Assembly (NCBI GenBank): GCA_044892525.1
Contig: CM097887.1
Coordinates: 107,176,397 to 107,240,396, forward strand
Source of the DNA: Schmidtea polychroa
Lineage: Eukaryota
Reading direction: 5' to 3'
DNA: 64,000 nucleotides
Numbering within the stretch: the stretch's first letter is position 1; each line of letters starts with the position of its first letter. Below are positions 41,883-52,269 of the stretch, in pieces. A program made the translations under genes and the position numbers. The notes beneath the pieces were generated by a model. That model worked only from the letters and a program-made list of their open reading frames with translations. It made no database searches and was not told the origin of the DNA.

Positions 41883-43250
41883 TGTTGGACTAGAACTGAT
41901 TTCTAGACCCAAACTTCTAATTATGACTGAAACGTGTAGGTACACAACATGCACAAAGCAAAAAGTATAGCCAAATATTTAAAACTACACCAATTAAACA
42001 AAAATAATTAAGGGAGAAAACAACAAAAAATGAAAACAGAAAGTAAATAAAATTATACAAAAGCAAGAAGTTTTGTAAAATCAAACTCAAAAATATCCAT
42101 ATAAACATAGAATTACAAAAACAAACTCGAATAACTTAAAAGACGACAAAAACAGTAAAAAATTCCAGAAAAACTCAGAACATTCCATTAAAAATGGCGA
42201 TGACCATCACAAAAGCCAGCTAGAACAATAAAAGTTAGAGAAAATAAATAAATTAGTATTAAAAATAATAAATCTTAAAAAGAAATTCATAAAACATCAG
42301 TTAAAATAAAAATAAAATAGAATTAAAATGGAATGTTCTGGAACCGTTCCAAATCCATCATGGACGGCAAATTAACGAAAAATAATTAAAAAATAAAAAT
42401 ATAAAAATAAAAACAAAAATTATGGCACAAAAATCGCCATCAAAAATAGCAAAATCGTAAAATAGAAAATTCTGGAATAAAAAGAATTCGAGTTTGTTTT
42501 AATGCATCAATACATACACGTGTACTAAATAGGTATATATACTGACACGTTTCAGTCAGAACTTCACTTTTTATGCCAATATTTTATTGTTGAAAATCTT
42601 ACGGAAATTTATAGTGAGTAATTTTTCATTATTATATGTTTTATGAAATCATTTTAATGTTAATATATGTTTCATGTAATCATTTCAATATAATCTACCT
42701 TTAATTAACATATTTAAAGACCTATGATCTTTCTCATTATTTTGTTTTACGACTGATCAGCGACGTCTTAGTGCGTCCCTATTCAGTCCTGCATTCGATA
42801 GTGATGCAGCCTTCTAAAANNNNNNNNNNNNNNNNNNNNNNNNNNNNNNNNNNNNNNNNNNNNNNNNNNNNNNNNNNNNNNNNNNNNNNNNNNNNNNNNN
42901 NNNNNNNNNNNNNNNNNNNNNNNNNNNNNNNNNNNNNNNNNNNNNNNNNNNNNNNNNNNNNNNNNNNNNNNTCGGCCACTTCATGGTTCTACCATGGAGT
43001 TGTGTCGATAAAACCCCTCTGCTATGGCTCCATATACTTTATTTATAGGTCGACAGTGATGTTTCGACTCAACACAACAGTAGGGCTTGTCGTAGCGGTC
43101 ACAGTGGGGCCGTGTAAGCAAGCATTCTTCCCGAGTTCGAATGCATTACATATTTAAACTCAACATTAAAAATCTCGCACAATAGGTTTACACTAAGGTC
43201 ATAATCGAGTAGCATCTCAGACCCAAATTGAACACATATAGTCGGTTGAA
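41883..43250 (+). repeat. Left long terminal inverted repeat (TGTTGG family), with a 5' stem-loop and an internal 14-bp inverted motif TGACTGAAACGTGT (41924-41937 / 42545-42558)
   Basis: It aligns by eye to the reverse complement of ~52270-53630 on both sides of the gap. Shared examples are TGTTGGRCTAGAACTGAYTTCTAGACCCAAAC, TTCAGTCCTGCAT, ACTTCATGGTYCTRCCATGGAGTT, GGTCACAGTGGSGCC and ATTCTTCCCGA. Confidence 0.85.
42820..42971. other. Assembly gap (N run)
   Basis: Run of N characters. Confidence 1.
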
Positions 43251-43296
43251 CGTCATTAAAAAACTCAGTTATACCGGTACGTTTGTCGGACCTCAT

Positions 43297-43324
43297 TGAT
43301 ATATATATATATATATATATATAA
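43297..43324. repeat. (TA)n microsatellite
   Basis: ATATATAT... run. Confidence 0.95.
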
Positions 43325-44321
43325 TTCTTAAGGTTGCTATAAAAGTTTTTCAAAAGTAAACGCAATAATCCACGTAAGGAAGTTTCGACAAGCGTACATA
43401 GTAAAATGAAAATGCTTAATTATTTTAAACGAAATTCATTACTTCTGAATAACTACAGTTCTGAAAATAACGTACATTACCCTGATATAAAATTGTTAAT
43501 ATGTATGATCTCTGAATTCCGAAGTACAATCAAGAATTCAAAGCTGTAATTGTAGATACGTATTGTCATTAAATTATAGAATATGTCTTAAAATTATTTT
43601 TATAATTGTGAACTATTAATGAATCATTAACTTAAAATTTTTCCCTTTTTGAAAAGTATTCTATAAATATTAAATTATTATCTTATTTTAAGATGTAATG
43701 TATAAGGGTATTATAATACTCAAGGACAAATATAATTTCATATTACCCTTAAATTCTCATCTATGAATATTAAATTATAAAATACACCTCGGTGCCACCC
43801 TTAAAATACAAGGTGTTATGGTGTAGTAGTATTGAATGATGACTTTATTAAAATATGGAATACATCCTCAGAAGTATAATGTACAAATGTACCATCGTTC
43901 GGAATTATAGGGGAATTATTATAATTTACATAAATGCCCGAATTAGAAATTATAAATTATAATGTATAGTTCATTTCGCATACGTAAATGTCTGAATTAG
44001 AAAGTTATATATTAAAAATACAGACTGTAAATTATAAGGTATAATACATTCAGCATACATAAATGCCTAAATTGGAAATTAAGTTTTATATTAAAAATAC
44101 AAATTATAAATTATAATTTTATACTACCTCAATGTATAACTTATTTATAATACCTAAATGCCTAAATTAGGAATTAACAATTTCATATCAGGGATATAAA
44201 ATGTAAACTATAACTAATTATATGAAATGTTGGGTTATAAAATATAAAGCGTAAATGATTAAAAATAAATTATATATCTTGATCTTAGAAATATAGGCTA
44301 TATATGATTACAATATTATAT

Positions 44322-45460
44322 AACTATAAAGTATAAATAGTTATATCTGAATCACATAAGTATAATATTCTTAAAATTGCAAACTATAAATAATTATGGA
44401 AAAAATTTTAATTATCAGAATATAAATTATAATTAATTATATATAACTATAAAGTATAACTAATTATATCTGAATCATATAAGTATATTATTCTTAAAAT
44501 TGCAAACTATAAATAATTATGGATAAAATTTTAATTATCAGAATATAAATCATAATTAATTATATATAACTATAAAGTATAAATAGTTATATCTGAATCA
44601 CATAAGTACAATATTCTTAAAATTGCAAACTATAAATAATTATGGAAAAAATTTTAATTATCAGAATATAAATTATAATTAATTATATATAACTATAAAG
44701 TATAACTAATTATATCTGAATCATATAAGTATATTATTCTTAAAATTGCAAACTATAAATAGTTATGGATAAAATTTTAATTATCAGAATATAAATTATA
44801 ATTAATTATATATAACTAGAAAGTATAGATAATTATATCTGAATCATATAAGTATATTATTCTTAAAATTGCAAACCATAAATAATTATTTTAATTATCA
44901 GAATATAAATTATAATTAATTATAAATAACTATAAAGTATAAATAATTATATCTGAATCAATATTATTCTTAAAATTGCAAACCATAAATAATTATACAC
45001 AAAATTTTAATTATCAGAACATAAATTATAATTAATTATATATAATGTTGAGCATAAAATATAAAGTATAAATAGTTATCTATGAATCCTGTAAGTATAT
45101 TATTCTTAAGATGGCAAATTATAAATACTCACGGAAAAATTTTTAATTATCAAAATATAAATTATAATTAATTATATATAAATGTGGAGCGTAAAATATA
45201 AAGTGTGATTCGTTAGATATGAAGCCTATAGGTATGTTATTCTTAAAAAGGTAAACTATAAATAATTATGGATACAATTTTAGTTACAAGAATATAATTT
45301 ATCAATAATTATATTTTGATTATAAAGTAGAGAGTATAAATGAGTATATAGATCATGTAGGTGTCTTGTTCTTAAAAGTATAAACTATAAATGGTGCAAA
45401 ATATAAATCATAATTAATTATATACAACATTCGAAGTATTAAGTATAAATAATTATATAT
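44322..45460 (+). repeat. 123-bp AT-rich minisatellite with a 246-bp dimeric higher-order structure, decaying at both ends
   Basis: AACTATAAAGTATA starts at 44322, 44445, 44568, 44691, 44814 (variant AACTAGAAAGTATA) and 44928. Copies 1/3 and 2/4 share diagnostic alleles. Diverged relatives extend back to ~43900. Confidence 0.92.
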
Positions 45461-46698
45461 TTCAAAAAAAAGAGATAATTATAGATAAAGGTTAGCTACA
45501 AAAATGAATGGTTCACCTGAGTGCCGATCTTAAAAACTTCAATTATAGGTAGTTGGGTGGTAAACAATTATATATAAATTACGAGCGGTCGTAGGTTATC
45601 GAAGTATTAATGGTAAATAACCCTACAAAACTATAAAGTATAGTAATGCAAATCATAAACCCGGAAAATGGCAGGTACCTCATAAAATGTCGTCGAATTT
45701 TATTCTACCCCTAAAATATGTATTATAAAATAAAAATGTAAATTATAAGTGTGAAGATTTTAATGTTTTAGATATTTATATCACTATTGAACGATCAAAA
45801 ATGATTATAGAAATTAAAGTCGGTCGTTAAATTAATTCGCAGACAACTCTATCAGAGGAAGTAGTATTTGACCTGCAAGGACCCAGTAGTGGCCTGTTTT
45901 TAAAGTTACTTGAGACTCTGATTCTCTGAAAACCTCAGTAGGAGTAGGAATCCCAAAACCAATGTCGTTCAGGCATAAATAAGAAAGTCACATTAAAGAG
46001 GTAACGACAAATGATAACCTAAGCTCCTTATAGAATTAACGGGGACGATACAACACATGAATGGATATAGTTTATAAATTAATAAATGACTTACCAAATG
46101 CCCATGAAGCAAATTACCATAAATACCGACAAGCATTAGAAGCAGGTTGGCGTCGGAAAATAAAAGATTTTTTTTCATAAGAGACAGGTTGGAATTATGG
46201 CCAATTTTTATTTCGAAATTAGATTAAAAGGGCATACAACTGAAATGCTGAAAAGGTTGTTATGAATATAATAGCAGCATACACCCCTTGAACGACTTCA
46301 CCGACGAAGGGTATTGGAACACAGTTCGACAATAAGACCGTTCGCCAGCGAAATCTTTCTCTAGGGCTAATTATAGTAAATAATATAAGCTGAATTAAAT
46401 AATTCAGCTTAAATACAAATGTAAATAAATGATGCCCATGATGTAAATAATTACATAATAAGGTTAGCTTAACAAAACAACTAAATGCATGTTTTAATTT
46501 TTCATTAAAAGTTAAACTAATAGATCTAAGCGATTTAGATAAGACGACCACGAGCAAAAAATAAATTTCAGAGTCAAAGAAAATTTTTGTCTCTGGTTGA
46601 ATTAGTAATAAAGTATTTATAAGGAAGATCCCTTTCGATGTTTCTAGGTTGAGGCTATAAGGTGATGATAAGTAATGATTACCCCATTTTTTGGCTAT

Positions 46699-47091
46699 AA
46701 ATTTGGGCGACGGTCAGGAATCCGGATTATTTTAATTAATTTAAAATCAATATTTAATTAATAATAAAATAACAACCATTTAAATATTTTAATTCGAAAC
46801 CAAATTCAAAAAAATATCGAAAATATTTCCATCCGCCAAATTTTCCCTCGAAAGCCACATTCTAAAGGCTATGTAATTCATCTAATTCGACTAATACCCT
46901 TACGACCAGTACCCTTACGACCAGTACCCTTACGACCTGTACCCTTAGGGGGTCAAAACATCCTGTCGGATAAACTCAGAGTATATATAATAAAACTGAT
47001 CAACAATAAGAATTTTTTAGTTTAAATATTGATTAAATATTGATTTTAAATTAATTAAAATAATCCGGATTCCTGACCGTCGCCTAAATTT
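46699..47091. mobile_element. MITE-like element with 60-bp terminal inverted repeats and an internal 15-bp tandem repeat
   Basis: 46699-46758 versus 47032-47091 are inverted with 1 mismatch (AAATTTRGGCGACGGTCAGGAATCCGGATTATTTTAATTAATTTAAAATCAATATTTAAT). (TACCCTTACGACCAG) occurs 3.5 times at 46895-46947. The TSD is ambiguous (the palindrome AAATTT lies on both sides). Confidence 0.7.
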
Positions 47092-47235
47092 GTCATCTAA
47101 CTTACGACAAGGCACACTATCATCATCAGAGGGTAACTATTCGCTCGAACCACTGTTTTACGTCTTAGTAGACTGATAAGAAAGATGAAATTTTAAAAGG
47201 AAAATTACCATTAACCATTTTCATTTAACCACAGA

Positions 47236-47598
47236 ATGTCGCAAGCAAGTGATCCCGACGAAGCCGAATATAGGCAAATGATAACGCGGCTCCGGACCCG
47301 GTACATCTGGTATCGGATACACGACTGGAACCGGGGGTTGGACCTCGATAATTATGGTCCGGTCATTCGAAGCGGCCCAGAGCCCGATGCCCCGGCGTTG
47401 GTGAAAACCGAACCCTTCAACAACGTGTTAAGAGAAGCCCGCGATCGAGCGGCCATCGAGGTAGAAGTGGCCCAGATGCGGCTGAGGAGACTCGAACTCC
47501 AGCTCAAAGCCGAAATGATGGGAGTAACTCCTGAAGAGCTGGAGGAGACAGATGCTCCTCCAAGAAAGCGAGGGAGACCCCGTAAGAACCCTGCTTAA
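47236..47598 (+). CDS. 120-aa GC-rich protein with coiled coil, SUMO-consensus VKTE and C-terminal AT-hook (PRKRGRPRK)
   Basis: Real ATG preceded by an acceptor-like TTTAACCACAG. It aligns without gaps to 49764-50126 (74/120 identical by my count), with many synonymous changes. Confidence 0.8.
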   Translation: MSQASDPDEAEYRQMITRLRTRYIWYRIHDWNRGLDLDNYGPVIRSGPEPDAPALVKTEPFNNVLREARDRAAIEVEVAQMRLRRLELQLKAEMMGVTPEELEETDAPPRKRGRPRKNPA

Positions 47599-47917
47599 TC
47601 CGCCGGCCGTGGCAACTGGGACAAGACTATTTAACTAATTTGATCCAGTGATGTGTTTGCGTTGGACCTTTTTAGCCGCTAATATAACAAATGATAATCT
47701 TTTTTTATTAAATTGTTGACAATATATTTCATTATGTATCTTCGTAGTATAATAAATTATTTGCCTGCTATTACATTTTGGACTTTACGGCTTGTGGGGT
47801 GGATTCATGATGAAGGTGACCCTCCCCATCCTTTATCTATTAATTTTATGAAATTAGTCGAGTCGCCTTTATGCATACGGAAACGAGCGACGAAATTTTT
47901 ATTATCGTTTTCCTTCA

Positions 47918-48346
47918 GTGTACAAGCTACTTGAAAACCTACGCAAGGACCGCGAACAGGCCCAACACCAATCCGAGGATCTTCGAAGTCGAGTTGAGAA
48001 GCTCAAAATCAAGTGCCGAGAACTCGAAGGCACTTGGTTCAGTCCGGCTGAGATGAAGAAACGGACAACGCACATCTCACGGCTCCAGATCCAGGCGGAG
48101 CAAGACCAGCTCGAAATCCAAGCGTTGAAGCTACAAGTACGCTCGCTCGAGAGCAAACTGAATGAAAGATTCATCCAGGACGCCCTCTAAGAGTAGATTC
48201 GCCCACTTCCGGTGGAGCTGGCCCAGATGTACCCACCAGCCTAGGCAAGCAAGCCGAAACGTAAACGTAAACCCGAGACAAATTGAAAAGGGTCTGGCTG
48301 GCCGAGCAGGAGAAATTGAAAGAGGCTGAATCCAATCCACGGCCCT
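47918..48346 (+). pseudogene. Coiled-coil protein exon, left copy; C-terminus disrupted by nonsense codons and a frameshift
   Basis: 47918-48190 is heptad-rich and ~65% identical to 49086-49556. Homology continues past TAA/TAG (IRPLPVELAQMYPPA*ASKPKRKR, then shifted RDKLKRVWLAEQEK). Acceptor TTTTCCTTCAG|TG at 47918. Confidence 0.7.
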
Positions 48347-48487
48347 GAGAGATGTTCGAGAGTGCGACCATCCTGAGCAAACAAACCTTGTAATATAATA
48401 GTGATTAAATAAATTATTCTTGTTGTCTAATGAGTATGTGATTGAACTTTGCCGTTGTCTAAAACAAGGTGATTGGTAGAAAGGCGT

Positions 48488-48922
48488 TTGGGAAAACAAT
48501 CTCGATGAGGGACCGAAACAAATCGGACACGTGCCTTCTATCGGCGTCCGTGAACCCATAGAGTGCTCGACAATTACAGTGCTTGACGCGCTCACTTTTT
48601 GCGAGTACTCAACCCCTTGGTACATTACCAACGTTGATTGCTCAACGGGTACCAAGAGGAAAACAATGTTGTGGTGGGTTACTGATGATCCGATATTTTG
48701 TTCTTTAGTGCTGTTGCTAGCGTAACCCAAGAATACAACGTTAGTGTTTCCGCTTGGTACCCGTTGAGTAATCAACGTTGGTCCTGTACCAAGGGTTGAG
48801 TACTCGCGAAAAGTGAGCGCATCGAGGCACTATAATCGTCGAGCACTCTATGGGTTCACGGACTACCGTTAGAAGGTTTGTGTCCGATTTCCTTAGGTCC
48901 CTTATCAAAATTGTTTTCCCAA
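48488..48922. other. ~435-bp imperfect palindrome: two ~190-bp structured arms around a central hairpin
   Basis: 48488-48682 is the reverse complement of 48722-48922 (roughly 85% by eye). Each arm contains three internal stem-loops. The axis stem is GGGTTAC (48676-82) / GTAACCC (48722-28). Confidence 0.92.
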
Positions 48923-49085
48923 CCTTACGTACAAACTCTCACTTTTCAGGTAATCATAAAATATATCAGTCATTTTTTAACACTACAAAACATGTATTAT
49001 TTTAACAACAAGCAAAGGAAATATCATTTTAATACTACTAGATATATAAAACACCCTACAGAAATACACATCAAGGAATGGAAGT

Positions 49086-49556
49086 TCAACTTGGCCAGTT
49101 GGTGGGGCCGGTTAGTCTCGTCGTAGATATTTGCGAGGAGCCCACTTGCTTTTCGTACTCGGCCAGTCTGGCCCTCTTTAATTTCTCACGAATGTTTCTC
49201 CCCAGCCGCTTCCTCTTGGGCTTATCTTTCGCGGCCGGAGGGTAAATGGCTGCCAACTCCACGGACAATGGCTGGATTTGACTTATGATGGCTCCGTGAA
49301 CCGCTTGTTCATTACGTTCGGTTTCCAACGCGCGGAGTTGGAGCTTCAAGGCCCGGATCTCCATCTGATCCTGCGCGTTTTGAGTCTGCAATTGGAGGAC
49401 CTGTGTCAACTTCTTCTTCATATCCTGGGGACTAAACCAGGTGCTTTCTAGTTCACGGCACCGTCCCTTGAGTTTGTCCACTCGTATACGGAGCTCCTCG
49501 GCCTGTTTTTGGGCTTCTTCTCTGTCCTTTCGTAGATTTTCACATAGTTTGATCAC
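49086..49556 (-). CDS. Coiled-coil protein exon with basic NLS-like tail (KDKPKRKRL), right copy, open
   Basis: 156-codon open frame with a heptad pattern. There is no ATG at the start; instead a splice acceptor TTTATCTAG|TG lies at the same position and phase as in the left copy. Confidence 0.7.
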   Translation of the reverse strand: MIKLCENLRKDREEAQKQAEELRIRVDKLKGRCRELESTWFSPQDMKKKLTQVLQLQTQNAQDQMEIRALKLQLRALETERNEQAVHGAIISQIQPLSVELAAIYPPAAKDKPKRKRLGRNIREKLKRARLAEYEKQVGSSQISTTRLTGPTNWPS

Positions 49557-49763
49557 TAGATAAATTACAATGGTTATCTGCTTGCAGCATTCCCCTCATT
49601 CAATATAATAAGATCAATATCATGCATAACGATACTTTAGCTATTAAATAAGAAATTTATTCAGAAGATAATTTATTAAAAGGAGTAACATATGATCCTC
49701 AACCCATTTTTGATTATTCGTCACAATATACACAATTATAATAAGTCAGGAGTCGGTCCTTGA

Positions 49764-50126
49764 TCACCCTCGGCATTTGCGGGGCCTCCCTCTTTTTCGT
49801 GGGGATGCTTCGGCCTCCTCTAGCTCTTCCACGGGCACTCTTTCTTTTTTCGCCCGGATTTGCAACTCGATCTTCCTGAGTCGCATCTGAGCGGCTTCCA
49901 CCTCCCAGGCCACTTGGTCTCGGGCCTCCTCCAACCGGTTATTCTCCGGTTCCACCTTCACCCACGCCGGGGCATCCACTTCGGGGCCTGTCCGGATTAC
50001 TCGTTCCGCACAATCCAGGTCCCTTCCCTGACCCCACCGATGTATATGTTGCCAGATATACCGGGTCCGGAGACGGGTGATCGTCTGTTGGTCCTCCTCT
50101 GCACTGTGGTTGCTTGATTGTGACAT
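49764..50126 (-). CDS. 120-aa AT-hook/coiled-coil protein, right paralog
   Basis: MSQSSNHS...VKVEP...SPRKRGRPRKCRG. ATG at 50126 is preceded by acceptor-like TGCATTGCAG. Same length as 47236-47598. Confidence 0.8.
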   Translation of the reverse strand: MSQSSNHSAEEDQQTITRLRTRYIWQHIHRWGQGRDLDCAERVIRTGPEVDAPAWVKVEPENNRLEEARDQVAWEVEAAQMRLRKIELQIRAKKERVPVEELEEAEASPRKRGRPRKCRG

Positions 50127-51297
50127 ATCTGCAATGCAAATGTTACGATCTATTCCCAATCAAGGACATACAAATTGAAGTTAGGATAAAATATCTCAGT
50201 TAATTAATAAGTTGCTGAAGTAAGCTAAGTACTTTTAACACGAGGATTGAATTTAATTTAGCGATAAATTTTGATCATTTAAATTAAGAAGACAACAAAA
50301 AAAAATAAAAAAAAATTAATAATTAATAATTTGAGTAAAGTAATGGACTTCTGATTTCATTATTACCTTTTCGTCTTATTAAAATTATTTAGCGTCATTC
50401 AAATTTTCGTTGTTTTATGATAGTCATCATAATTAACGTTAAATAATAAATTTCGATTAAATATATAATTCTAGCTAATTTTGACATACTAATGTAAGTA
50501 AATGTTAAATATTCATATCCTAAACATTGTAATACTATTTCAGCAATAACAGCAGTCGGCCGCACTCCCACAACAATCGCCATTGACCAACATGGATTTA
50601 CAAATTAAAATATGGTATGCTCAGTTAAGCTTGTGGATATTAAATCAACTATATTTCCGACATACCCACTGATCTCACTGGTGTCACTTCAACCGAAACT
50701 CGCGTTAAAGATAGAAAAAGCCGATCTCATCCGAGCAACAAACGAAAAATGTCCATCTCCGATCCCAAAGCTGCCAGGCAAAGAAATAAAGCCTATTTGT
50801 AGTTGGAGTTTCTCTCTTTGAATTTTGTTCGGAATGTCGTGATTAAATAAACTATTAATATTTTTTTTAGTCGCAAAGACAATGATGTAAATAAATTTGG
50901 TGATTAATAAATGTAGGGTACTATTGGGTTTCATCTTTTGATCTGACTTGAATACAAGTTTGTCCATAATTTTTACAACTTGTTCTACTTTTATTACTTT
51001 AACGGGGTTGTGGAAATTATTCCACCTAGGGTCTTGAGGGGAAAGATTATAGTATTTGTTGTCTCTCAGATCTATATATATAAACACACATACACATATA
51101 TACATATCCACCCACACATATACATATAGGGATATAATTGAAGTTAATAAAATTCGATCGTTTTCAGGGGGGTGTTACTAAAAATAGATTTTAGTGATTT
51201 TCCGCAATTTTATTGGAAGGTAGGGCCATTGACGCTAAATTTAGAGCTAGGGGAATCCTAAAATCAATAATTTGTTTATAATTTTATTTTACGAAAT

Positions 51298-51670
51298 AAT
51301 TATTTAAAATTCATTACTAATAATATTGGTAATAATAATACGATAATGTTACGAACGACAATATTAATATTAATAATGGCAATAATCATAATGATAATAA
51401 TGATAATAATGATAATAATATTAATAATGACAGCCAANNNNNNNNNNNNNNNNNNNNNNNNNNNNNNNNNNNNNNNNNNNNNNNNNNNNNNNNNNNNNNN
51501 NNNNNNNNNNNNNNNNNNNNNNNNNNNNNNNNNNNNNNNNNNNNNNNNNNNNNNNNNNNNNNNNNNNNNNNNNNNNNNNNNNNNNNNNNNNNNNNNNNNN
51601 NNNNNNNNNNNNATCATAAGAATATAATATTGATAATATGAGCAGTACTACTATGATACTGATAATGATT
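51298..51670. repeat. (ATA/ATG)n microsatellite flanking an assembly gap (N 51438-51612)
   Basis: ATAATAATGATAATAATG runs on both sides of the N stretch. Confidence 0.9.
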
Positions 51671-52269
51671 AACTGTAAATGTTCATAATTTTATTCTTAT
51701 ACCTGTTTGACGACTATACAAGTATTTACCGTCAATATTTAGAAGCATGTCCTATATAGATAATTATAATTTATCAATTTGAAAATTTATATGTTTATAA
51801 TTCATGATTTTCCATCTTCCAATTTATAATTTGTAATTTACAAATTTATATTTTCTGATTTCTAGTTTTTCATTTCATAATTTTATATTTTATGATTTAG
51901 AATTCTATATTTTGTAATTTGTAATTTTCCTTTTTACTATTTATAATTTTATATTTTACACATTTATATTTCATAATTTCCAATGTTATTATTCATAATT
52001 TACAATTCTATGATCTACAATTTCTAATTTTGTATTTGATAATTCGAGTTCGTAATTTGCGCTATTAGGTTTGTAATATCTACATTTACCTTATAATTAA
52101 TTTAAAAACCTATTTAGATTGAGTTCTACTTAGACGTAGGCCGAATATCTTTATCGTTTCTATTACTTCGATTACCATAAGATTACAAAACCTAATTCGG
52201 CATGTGTCTAAGCATAACTAAAGTTGTTATTATTGATCAAACAGCTACATTACTGTGATTGCAGAATTG

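Noticed and set aside
42771-43157. ORFs containing X runs (also 51300-51627)
   Set aside because: Artefacts of N-gaps and microsatellites.
46219-46557. Minus-strand ORF with EVVQGVYAAI, reminiscent of a lentiviral Env tail
   Set aside because: A ten-residue resemblance only, in a low-complexity ORF with no ATG context; treated as chance.
48500-48520. Hammerhead-like CTCGATGAGGGACCGAAAC, and GAAACGTGTC motifs at 41929, 42545 and 52959
   Set aside because: The CUGANGA core is imperfect, stems I and III cannot be formed, and the motif is not conserved in the opposite arm. At most these are degenerate relics.
48672-48690. TGGTGGGTTAC as an LTR-retrotransposon primer-binding site
   Set aside because: It is not preceded by an LTR ending in CA, no direct LTR pair or gag-pol follows, and I cannot match it to a metazoan tRNA 3' end. 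The sequence is explained by the hairpin.
48131-48775. 214-aa minus ORF and other ORFs crossing the central palindrome
   Set aside because: They span the structured arms and the antisense of ORF2, and are not conserved in the mirror half.
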